Virus record (IMG/VR): IMGVR_UViG_3300033141_001359
Span: 1-50,180 of that record
Origin: a virus
Lineage: Duplodnaviria; Caudoviricetes
Length of the DNA stretch: 50,180 nucleotides
Strand: one strand, 5' to 3'
The notes beneath the pieces are model-generated. The model saw only the letters and a list, made by a program, of their open reading frames with translations. It made no database searches and was not told where the DNA came from. The first letter of the stretch is position 1; every line of letters starts with the position of its first letter. Positions 32,961-41,800 of this stretch are shown piece after piece. The translations under genes were made by a program, and so were the position numbers.

Positions 32961-34986
32961 GTGCTCTCTCCGCACTCGCCATAGCCCGCCTGACGATGTC
33001 GGGCAGCTTCCAGTTCACCTTGCAGATAATGCCGTCGCCGCAGTTGCCAAGTTTGCCGTCCCATTCATGCCATGCCGCCTTGCGACCAATCCGGCCAGGG
33101 TCGCGCCCGTCACGCTTCAGGTAGAACTCGTGCTTGATGGCCATGGACTCCTTGCTCAGGACGTGGCCGAAATGGTAGATTGCACAGCCGGGCACCCGTT
33201 CCGCCGTCTGCTTGTGTGCGTCCAGACCAGGGTTCAATCGCTGCTTCGCTGCATCCGTAGGCGTGTGGTGTTTCCAATACAAGTAGCTGGGCCTCCACCA
33301 ACTCCACCGATAATGCGGGCATACCGAACCATACGGCTCTAGGCTGACACCCCAGCGCTGGCCACGCAACTCCGGGCTATCGTGCACCCAGTAGCGTCCG
33401 TCGTGCCAGAAGTTCACCCAACGCGGACAGCCCCAGGCGATGCCGGAATCAAGCCACTTGTCGAGGCCGACCCACACTTCGTCGGCGTCAAGCATGAGCA
33501 CATAGTTGCCTTGCGTATGCCGTGCCGTCCAGTTTCTCATCTCACACTTATCTCGCCATTCCCGTCTCACTTCAAGCCTGATTTTATGCTTCGGGTCTGG
33601 GAATTTCTTAATCCGCTCAAGACTGCCGTCCGGCGGTGTACCTAGCATGAGCTTTGTCGGCCCATGGGCAATCACAATCTGGTCAACATAGGGATAGACC
33701 GATTCCAGCGACTGCGTGACCGTCGGGCCCCACCAGCAGATCATCTGCGCCGTGACGCTCTTTTTGGATACCGCGTGGTACGGGAGCGCTTCGACGCGCT
33801 TTCGCATCGCATCCAGCCCATAAGACTTCGTCGCCCACGCTTGCGCCTTTGCAACATCAGGTTTTCCTTTGGCAGCAATGCAGGACACCGCTCGCTTGTA
33901 AGCATCCTTGTCCCCCCACGAAACGTAAATCAGCCGGTCGCCGTAGTTCTGACGGAGCACCGGCAGGTCATAGACGATGCACGGAGTCCCGCTCGCAAGG
34001 GCCTCAGCCGGCACCATGCCGAAGCCCTCGAACAGGCTCGGCGCAAGCACCATGTGGGCATCCCGCATCAAGCCGAATTTGCTCGCGTCATTTTGGTCGG
34101 TGCAGATATGGCACTTGTGCTTGCTCGTATCTGCGGGCAGGTTATTGATGCGCCCGAATACCACCAGGTCGAATGGCTGCTTCAGGCTCCAAATAGCTGC
34201 AATGGCCGTCGCCCCGCCCTTGTACGCCTGCGAACGGGCGCTCCATACCGCATAGGGCCTCGCTATTGGGCGCGGTATCTTGAACCGTTCCAGCGCATAG
34301 GTGTTGACGGCAGGCGGCAGGACATAGACCGGATGTTCCTTCCCCATCCAGCGTTTCAGCCATTTGGCCGATTCACCGCTGTTCGCAAGCCACAAATCCG
34401 CCGCGTCATAGAGTGGCTTCCAGCCGGAACTTCCCATGTGTTTGCCCGCATCGGGGAGCGTCTGCCCGAGCCACTTCGAGTTCTCGAAATGCAGTAGGGC
34501 CAAAACTTGCCTAGGATGCTTTCGCTTCCAGTCCAATGCCGTCTTCGCAATGGCACCCTTCCCGTCCGTGACCGCCACATCAAGGTCTGGAGGAACCCCG
34601 TCCTGCCCTACAATCGCAAGCCGCAATGTCTTGAGCACGGGATAATCGGCCATCCACTTTGGCCGAGTGTTCGTTATCAGCCACACCTCGGCCCCCAGAC
34701 TGGCAAGCGAGTGCGCGTACTGATAGAGATGTATGCGCCCGCCGGAATAGAATGTGCTCGCGTGCATAAAGAAGCCGAAGCGTCTTGTCTTGGCGAAGCG
34801 CGCCACCGGTGCCGACGTTTTCTCGCGGCTCTGGAAGCTGTATTCCTTCTCGCCGATGATGCCATCGCGCAGAAGCCGTTCGGCCTCGTGTCGGTTCAGG
34901 ATGTCAATCAGTTGGCCGGCCCGCTTGAAGACCTTTTGCCTCCGCTGGCCGGTGAATTCATGTTCTTTCAGGACTCGGAACCACAT
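32953..34986 (-). CDS. GT4 plus GT-A glycosyltransferase fusion with short N-terminal domain
   Basis: SGG.; PSLFEGFGMVPAEALASGTP (EX7E); MLDADEVW...HFGH. Confidence 0.85.
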   Translation of the reverse strand: MWFRVLKEHEFTGQRRQKVFKRAGQLIDILNRHEAERLLRDGIIGEKEYSFQSREKTSAPVARFAKTRRFGFFMHASTFYSGGRIHLYQYAHSLASLGAEVWLITNTRPKWMADYPVLKTLRLAIVGQDGVPPDLDVAVTDGKGAIAKTALDWKRKHPRQVLALLHFENSKWLGQTLPDAGKHMGSSGWKPLYDAADLWLANSGESAKWLKRWMGKEHPVYVLPPAVNTYALERFKIPRPIARPYAVWSARSQAYKGGATAIAAIWSLKQPFDLVVFGRINNLPADTSKHKCHICTDQNDASKFGLMRDAHMVLAPSLFEGFGMVPAEALASGTPCIVYDLPVLRQNYGDRLIYVSWGDKDAYKRAVSCIAAKGKPDVAKAQAWATKSYGLDAMRKRVEALPYHAVSKKSVTAQMICWWGPTVTQSLESVYPYVDQIVIAHGPTKLMLGTPPDGSLERIKKFPDPKHKIRLEVRREWRDKCEMRNWTARHTQGNYVLMLDADEVWVGLDKWLDSGIAWGCPRWVNFWHDGRYWVHDSPELRGQRWGVSLEPYGSVCPHYRWSWWRPSYLYWKHHTPTDAAKQRLNPGLDAHKQTAERVPGCAIYHFGHVLSKESMAIKHEFYLKRDGRDPGRIGRKAAWHEWDGKLGNCGDGIICKVNWKLPDIVRRAMASAERAHG

Positions 34987-35130
34987 TATTGCTTACCCCG
35001 AAGTCGCTTTTTTGTTCGGCCTTGTAATACTCCCAGCAGAACACCCCTCAGCATTCCGATGACAATGTATGCAATAATTCTTGAGACCTCGCCACAAAAA
35101 ACTGTACAATGCTGACCGGAATCAGCAGAC

Positions 35131-35409
35131 TCATACCGAGTAGGAAACTTTTCCACGATAGCTTTTCGATTTCCGCCATCTTGTCCTCCCCACATTCACT
35201 TGATAACTTGGCTCAACCCCGTGACCGCAACACGCCGATGCGACCCCGGGAAGCACTCCGAGGCAGGCATCATGACCGTTTGCATCCGGCCTCCGGTGAC
35301 ATCGGATACATGGGCGAGAGCCATCAGCAATCTGCCCACTATCAGCATATCGCCAATATCCAGCTTGAAAAACGATTTTGTGTCCGCGCTCGTGAGATGT
35401 GGCAGGCAC
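35131..35409 (-). CDS. Hypothetical Cys-containing protein
   Basis: RPCIRC...GHDACLGVLPGVASACCGHGV. Confidence 0.55.
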   Translation of the reverse strand: MPATSHERGHKIVFQAGYWRYADSGQIADGSRPCIRCHRRPDANGHDACLGVLPGVASACCGHGVEPSYQVNVGRTRWRKSKSYRGKVSYSV

Positions 35410-35439
35410 CCTTATTAGCCTCCCGTCATCATCCTCAAT

Positions 35440-35637
35440 TCATTTACGAGAAAAAGGGTCGTACAGTGGGTTGCCCATGCAAGGTGCCCATACTGCCCAA
35501 AGGAACAACGGGATCATAAACACCATTAGCAGTGATGGATGTTTATAAACCACACTCTCGTTGGCCCAATACTGCAAGATTCCGTAACCCATAATGCCCA
35601 TAGCGACCAGCCAAGTGCCTACTACGAGCCACTTCAT
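35440..35637 (-). CDS. Small membrane protein (2 TM)
   Basis: Hydrophobic; GAGGAAGG RBS. Confidence 0.6.
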   Translation of the reverse strand: MKWLVVGTWLVAMGIMGYGILQYWANESVVYKHPSLLMVFMIPLFLWAVWAPCMGNPLYDPFSRK

Positions 35638-35742
35638 TGTCGCACCTTCCTCTGAATCCTGTCGGCGGGGCGGCGAGTCATGTCGAACGCAAGCCGCCCC
35701 GCCCCTCGATTTGCCGGTTACCTACCTGTCCTTACCTACTCC

Positions 35743-37101
35743 TTACGAAGTCCCCGCTTGAAGAATGGCCATCGCACGCGGCTGTACCAACTGTCCGCCG
35801 ACCGCCGCGCTCACGGTGAACGCGGTGACGTTCTTACGGAAGTTGTAGTGCTCAGAACGCTTCACGACGACTTCCTGCTCTATCGGCACGATGTATTCCT
35901 TGAGGTCGCCGAAGATCACGTCACCATCAGCGTATGCCGTCAGCCGGTGTGTGCTGATGTACGGATAGCCGACCAGCTTCTGGAAGACCTGGCCCGCGAC
36001 GCTCTCGACGAACAACGGGCGACCCTGTGTGTCCTTGTCCTTCTTCAGGTTCTGCATACATCCGTCAGCAACGATGTACGTCGCTCGCGCCCGATGATAT
36101 GCACGAACCGCGAATTCCAGGTTCACCAGGTCGTCGTACTGGATGTCGTTCTGCGCCGTGCGGTTGACGGTGCGAATGCCGGTGGTGTTCACGATGCCCG
36201 TCGGCTGACCAGTGCCGGAGCCGCTTAGGAACGCGACGTCCAGCGCGTGGTTGAGCGCGCCCTTGAACAGCCGCGTGAGCAGCGGCTCAAGGGGAATCGC
36301 CGAGCGATTCAGCAGCCGGTTGCTGATTTCGGTGTAGGCCGCGACCTCGTGCGTCTCAATCGTGACCTGTTCGAACTCCGGCTCCGTCTCCGGCTTCTCG
36401 CCGCCTTCGTCGATCCACGACACCGTCACCCCACCGTATTCCTGCGCGTCCGTCTGCACGAGCCGCGGCCACACAATCGCTCCGGTATCCGACGGGACGA
36501 TGGTCGCCCTACCCAAGATGTGCGGTGCTTCAGCGTCAAGCTCAAGGAGTTCCCGGCGGTAGTCCTGGGGGATCAAGGCGCTACGCGCTGCATCCCCGGA
36601 GACCATCGGGATGGCCTTTCCTGCCGGCAGACCCGCGACCTTGGCGTATTCGTCGCCGAAAATTTGGACGACCATGTCTGGCGGCATCCGCACGCCGTCC
36701 AGCTTGTCCTTGAACTTCGGCAACTCGGGCCGCATCTCGACCATCAACCCGGGCTCGACGTCCTTGCCGTTGCAGTAGTCGAGGAACGCTCGCCGTTTCG
36801 CCTGTGCCTCCTTCTCGTGATCCTTCGGCTCCGCCGGAATCTTCGGCGTTAGCGTCTTCCCATCAACGTCAGTCTCGGCGGCCTTCTTGGCAGCCTGCAA
36901 CGCTACGCGCCGCGCTGCCTGCGACTTGGCCGTCTCAATCTTTTCCTTGAACGCCTTAAACTCAGCGTCCTTGCCCTTCAGGGCCTCCTCGACGGGCTTC
37001 CGCTTTTCAGCGTCCGGTTCCGCATCGAGTTGCGCCTGAAGGGTGTCCATCTCGGCAAGAACCGTCTCAGCCTTGCCGATGAGTTCTGCTAGTGTAATCA
37101 T
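35743..37101 (-). CDS. Major capsid protein, HK97 fold, with N-terminal delta-domain coiled coil
   Basis: LIPQD...WIDEGGEKPETEPEF...ISNRLL...GSGTGQPTGI...KDTQGRPL...FGDL. Confidence 0.95.
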   Translation of the reverse strand: MITLAELIGKAETVLAEMDTLQAQLDAEPDAEKRKPVEEALKGKDAEFKAFKEKIETAKSQAARRVALQAAKKAAETDVDGKTLTPKIPAEPKDHEKEAQAKRRAFLDYCNGKDVEPGLMVEMRPELPKFKDKLDGVRMPPDMVVQIFGDEYAKVAGLPAGKAIPMVSGDAARSALIPQDYRRELLELDAEAPHILGRATIVPSDTGAIVWPRLVQTDAQEYGGVTVSWIDEGGEKPETEPEFEQVTIETHEVAAYTEISNRLLNRSAIPLEPLLTRLFKGALNHALDVAFLSGSGTGQPTGIVNTTGIRTVNRTAQNDIQYDDLVNLEFAVRAYHRARATYIVADGCMQNLKKDKDTQGRPLFVESVAGQVFQKLVGYPYISTHRLTAYADGDVIFGDLKEYIVPIEQEVVVKRSEHYNFRKNVTAFTVSAAVGGQLVQPRAMAILQAGTS

Positions 37102-37102
37102 C

Positions 37103-38836
37103 TTACCCCTCTTCGAGGCCGAGGGCTTTCCGGTGCTTCTGGAGATGCCCCTTCACCGCTGCGCTCGCCTCCTCGCCAGAGCGTGCTCCCTGAGCCGCCG
37201 CCCAGGCCGCATTCAGTCCGCCCTTGTGGAGGTAGAGCGTGCCCGTCGTGAAGCGTCCACTGTCATCAGGGCTTCCTCCGCCCTTGACCCAGTGATGTGG
37301 ATACCGCCACGTACTCACGCTCTCCGGCTTTCCCATATCGGCGAAAGCCAGTCGCGGGAGCTTGGCCTTGTCCACCTTGCCCCAGGCCGGTTCCCCTTCG
37401 GCCACTTTGCTGTTGTGTGAAAATGATTTTGCATCCAGCGCCAGACGTTCCAGCGCCAGCCGATGCCTCTTGACCTGGATGCCCCATGAGTGAAGTGCGG
37501 TCCGCCCCTCGGCAGATGCCTTCGGCTCCGTCTCCTTCAAGAGGCTTTCGAGCTCGTCAGAGAGTTTGCGTAAGCTCTCCAATGTGCTCTGTACCCGGCT
37601 TCGGTTTCGCGCCGAGAGAACGCGGCCTTCCTTCCCCTCCGACTCGCAAGGTGCGTTCACGTCCCGTCGCAACGCCTCCGCCGCTTCCGTCGCGGCCTTC
37701 GCCGCCGTAATCGTTGCCAATTCGTTCGCCGGTATCGTCGTAACGGTCACCTCAAGCAGCATGATCTCCAGCAAGTCCCGCACACTCTTCCCGCCTTCCT
37801 CGGTGTCCGTCCATTTCTTGGGGATGTAGCCGATACTCAGGCCATTGACGTGCCCCTCCACGATCTTCTGTCGCGTCTCCTGGGCTATGGGCGTGGCCGA
37901 GAATTCCGCGTGAATCCAGAGGCCAAAATCATCTTCCTTCGCCTCGGTCACTGTGCCAATAACTTCAAGGGTGTCGCCCCCGTGCGCATAGTGCCGCACC
38001 ATTAATTTGACCTTGCCCGCCGGGACGCGCTCCTTGATCGTCTTTTTGAATGCGCCCGGCTTGATGCGTTCCCCCTGCCCGTCCACGTTACCGAAGGCCG
38101 CACCATGTCCCTCCATCCAGCCAGCATCCCCCTCGTCCTTCTTGCCCTCGGCTACGTCCGCCAACGGCGCAACTTTCAGGTCGGGCTTCGGCGACGGCTT
38201 CTCAAGTCGCACATGTGTGTCAAGCTCCTTTCCCGGCTGGCCTGGCCCCGGTCTCTCAGCCCGCCGCATCTGGCCGCCGCACTTCGGGCATTTGATATTT
38301 GCACAGTGCTCGTCAGTTTTGAGCTTATGCCCGCATTCAATGCACTCGCAGTTATACTTTCTTTCGCCTTCGGACTCATCATCAGCCTTGCCCTTTTTGG
38401 CCGCCTCAAACGTGCCGTCATGTGCCTTGCAATGTGACCGCGCCTCCTCTACATCCCACGTTCCCTTCGGATAGCGGTAAGCCTGTTCGCTCATGGTTGT
38501 TTCGCCCTTGAGCTTCCCGATGATCACGTCATATTCCTTGCCGTCGTGCTTGCGACTTACGCGCCGGAAGGTCTCTTTCTGGAAATCCCCGGGCGGGCGC
38601 AGACGACAGGCGTGCTCATTCGGGTAGGGCTTGCCCTGAATGACCTGGAGCGCCTTGTCCAGAACCTCTTGTTCGCCCTCTGAGAGGCTCTTGCCCATGA
38701 CCGTGCGCCACTGGATATAGCACGCAGCGGAGCGCGCCTCGCGGTCAACGTACTTGGCGGCCATTCCTTCGTCTTCCATGCAGCGGGCGATGAATTCCCT
38801 CTGCGTCTCGTCCTCGTTCGGTTTCAGCTTTGCCAT
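37103..38836 (-). CDS. HK97-type prohead protease with extra N- and C-terminal domains
   Basis: EGHGAAFGNVD...PGAF...GLSIGY...LLEVTVTTIPAN. Confidence 0.9.
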   Translation of the reverse strand: MAKLKPNEDETQREFIARCMEDEGMAAKYVDREARSAACYIQWRTVMGKSLSEGEQEVLDKALQVIQGKPYPNEHACRLRPPGDFQKETFRRVSRKHDGKEYDVIIGKLKGETTMSEQAYRYPKGTWDVEEARSHCKAHDGTFEAAKKGKADDESEGERKYNCECIECGHKLKTDEHCANIKCPKCGGQMRRAERPGPGQPGKELDTHVRLEKPSPKPDLKVAPLADVAEGKKDEGDAGWMEGHGAAFGNVDGQGERIKPGAFKKTIKERVPAGKVKLMVRHYAHGGDTLEVIGTVTEAKEDDFGLWIHAEFSATPIAQETRQKIVEGHVNGLSIGYIPKKWTDTEEGGKSVRDLLEIMLLEVTVTTIPANELATITAAKAATEAAEALRRDVNAPCESEGKEGRVLSARNRSRVQSTLESLRKLSDELESLLKETEPKASAEGRTALHSWGIQVKRHRLALERLALDAKSFSHNSKVAEGEPAWGKVDKAKLPRLAFADMGKPESVSTWRYPHHWVKGGGSPDDSGRFTTGTLYLHKGGLNAAWAAAQGARSGEEASAAVKGHLQKHRKALGLEEG

Positions 38837-38848
38837 TTCTCTGTCCCC

Positions 38849-41800
38849 TTAGATTGAAGCGAGCAATGTGCATCGGCAGTTGCTTGACACCACCCCGTTG
38901 GCAATGTATAATGATGGTATTGTTTGGAGGTCGTAAACATGACCACGAAAGTTTCGGCGTCTTGTGAACGTGACGTTTGTCGGCAGTATCTCTCCGGCAT
39001 ATCCGCTCAAAAGCTCGCGGAATTCACGGGCATCAACCTTGCGACTGTGTTTAGAATCCTTCACAGAAATGCCATCAAGCCCAATCAGAGAATACTGCTC
39101 TTGGACACGAGCGATATTGTCCGGCGCTATGTCGCCGGGGAATCTGAATTGGCGCTTTCCCGCTCGTTTCACGTTTCCAGAACAGCCATTCGCCGCCGAC
39201 TTCTTGCTGCTAATATCACTCCGCGAAGTGGAAGCGACGCCAACAAAATCAGAATGCAAAAGCTCTCTCCGGCTGAACGCCTCAGCCTCACGTCTGCCGC
39301 CCATGATGCTATCCGCAACCGCCCCCAATCTGAGGAGCATCGTTGCAAAATCGCGTTCACCAGGGAGAGGAAGCAACTCGGCATAGCTCCCGCTGAAACC
39401 CGTCTCGCCATTGCTCTTGCGGGTCGGGGTTTGACCGTGACTGCGCAAAAAGCTATCGGTCGCTATAACGTTGACCTTGCCATTGAGGAAGGTTCCGTCG
39501 CCGTGGAAATATTCGGGGGTCATTGGCACACGACCGGTCGTCATGCCCTTGGATGCCGCAAGCGCCTTGACTACATCATCAATGCGGGTTGGGTGCCCGT
39601 TATTATTTGGGTGACTCCCGATTATCCTCTCGAAGCTGGGGCAGTAAATTACTTGGTCTCCCTCTCGAAGGCTCTTAGCCTTGGCAAAGCCCCAAGGGGT
39701 CAAGAGCATGTGATTCGGGGTGACGGTAAGCCGACCGGAATCGGCAAAACCAAGCTCAATTACCGGGCCGTTGTAGGGGGCGACAAAACCGGCAAGCTTA
39801 CCAGGGGCCAGGATGGCCGTTTCACCAGCGACGCAGTTGGGATGTAACGGCGGATGTTCCACGTCAAACGGTATGTCCATGTGGCCGCCGGTCAATTCCG
39901 TGTATCCGTCCACTTCTGTCTCCCCCTCAAGCCGCGTCCCCGCCGCGACAAACCGGTCGTTTATCGGTATCTCCATTCCGTCAAACGCTGAGCAGTAGTC
40001 GCAGTTGTGAACGAGGATACCATTCGCATAGAAGCACGCCGCATCCTCAACTTTGATGTCAAATACGGTTGCTTTGCCTTGCCACAGATGATATAATGCC
40101 CGAAGTCCTGTCAGGAGTATAGAGCCATGTATCATCTTACCTGTGAGTATTGCGGCAAGGCATTTGAGCGCCCTTCGCATCCAGTTGGTGCACACACATA
40201 TTGTAGTACTCGCTGTTATCATGCCGCGACGAAGAAAGCTCCGACTTTGACTTGCCAGATATGCGGCGCGAAATTTATCGTACCTACATCCACCGCCAAT
40301 CGGGGACGACGCTTCTGTTCTCGTGCCTGTTATCTGCGAAGCACAGCCAACAAGGTACTGAAGGTCTGCGCCGTTTGTGGCAAGACTTTTGCTATCAACG
40401 CCAGCATTGCCGAGCGATATACCGTTTGTAGTTGGAAGTGCCGGGCACATGTTCGGCGAACTCAAATCTGTGTCCGCTGTGGTAAATCGTTTATTACCAA
40501 CAGACCAAAGGGGAAGTATTGTTCCGAAGCATGTTATCGGCCCCCCCACCTTTTTACCTGCCTCACATGCGGCAAGAAGTTTCGGAGGCAACCCACGAGT
40601 AATCGCCGATTTTGTTCTATTGCCTGTTACCGACGCTATCAGGGCGAAACTAGAATCGAAAAGATTGTCCGCAAAGCCCTGGAGGCTGCGCACATTTCGT
40701 TTAATCAAGAACGTCAGGTCGGACGTTACTCGATTGATTTTGCGCTTCCAAAAGGCAAGATTGCGCTGGAGGTAGATGGTAAATATTGGCACCAAGATAT
40801 GCGCCGCGACGCCCGCAAAACGCGCTATCTTCAGAAGCGGGGATGGACGGTCATTAGGATTACCGAAGACCAAATCAACAACAGTCACAACATGGTCGCC
40901 CTTGTTATCGGGATTTTGAATAACATCCCCGGTTTTCAGATTACCCGCCTTGACCCACCCGCGTGACTTCTCGTATATTCGATGATTCGCCGTGCATAGG
41001 AGCATCCCGTTCTCACAGCACACCAATGACAGCGGCCCATCTGTGGCTCGTTGGCTCTTCGCCATGACTCTTCGCAGACCTTCCGGCGTACACACGAGGT
41101 CGCCTGGTTCAATATCCTTGATTGCCACAGTTCCGTCAGCACTAAGTACCCTGCTATACCCATCCAAACACAACGCATCGTCGTCCGTTACCAGCCAACT
41201 TACCGTCCCAACGCCCTCATCGGCATAAAGCTGCTTCGCGCCCTCGTTGTAGCTCCATATCGTGGTTGTACGGGTTATCAGTTCCGCACGAGTCTTGCTT
41301 CGCGCAAGCCCCTGTGAGAGCAGTTGCTTTTGCATATCACGCGGCGTTAGGCCCTCTGCCGCCCCCCGCCTGACAATCCGCTCTATCTCGCGTGCGCTTG
41401 TCTCCGTCTCCCATTTCGAAGTCATCGCCACCCAATCACCGACCGGCGTATGGAGCCGCTGCGCGAGATACGCCTCATGCCCGAACGCCGTCTCAAGCTC
41501 GCCGATTGAAATCGGCGGGGTCGGCGGCTCAGCATCCAGTATGATTTCGTCCTTCGCCATCATCTCGCGTATCGCAGCCCCCTTGCCGAATTCCACCTCG
41601 GCCAGGTGGTAGCCGTCCATTGTCATGGCGAGCATCAGCGGCAGCTTCACCGCCGCCAGCGATTTCGCCCATTTCGGCGCGAGTTCGGCGGCCCACTTCT
41701 GCCGCCCCTCGCCCACGGCCTTTGCCGCTTCCTTGACGTGTGCAGCCAGCTCTCTCCGCATCGCCTGCCGCATCTTCGGCAGCCAGCCGTCGGATATTGC

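Larger units (their letters stand above)
40004..41170 (-). mobile_element. Intein 1 (389 aa) in MuF DDAL|CDYC
   Basis: CLDGYSRV (A), IKDIEPGDLV, CTANH (B), GWVKAGNLKTGD, VFDIKVEDAACFYANGILVHN|C (F/G). Confidence 0.93.

Noticed and set aside
35664-35704. Intrinsic terminator after the major capsid gene
   Set aside because: Strong GC hairpin (GGCGGGGCGGC/GCCGCCCCGCC) but no U-tract; it may be a stabilising or attenuating stem.
40100-40900. In-frame LAGLIDADG or HNH domain within the inteins
   Set aside because: No such motifs in the sense translation of either intein; the motif-bearing frame is antisense.
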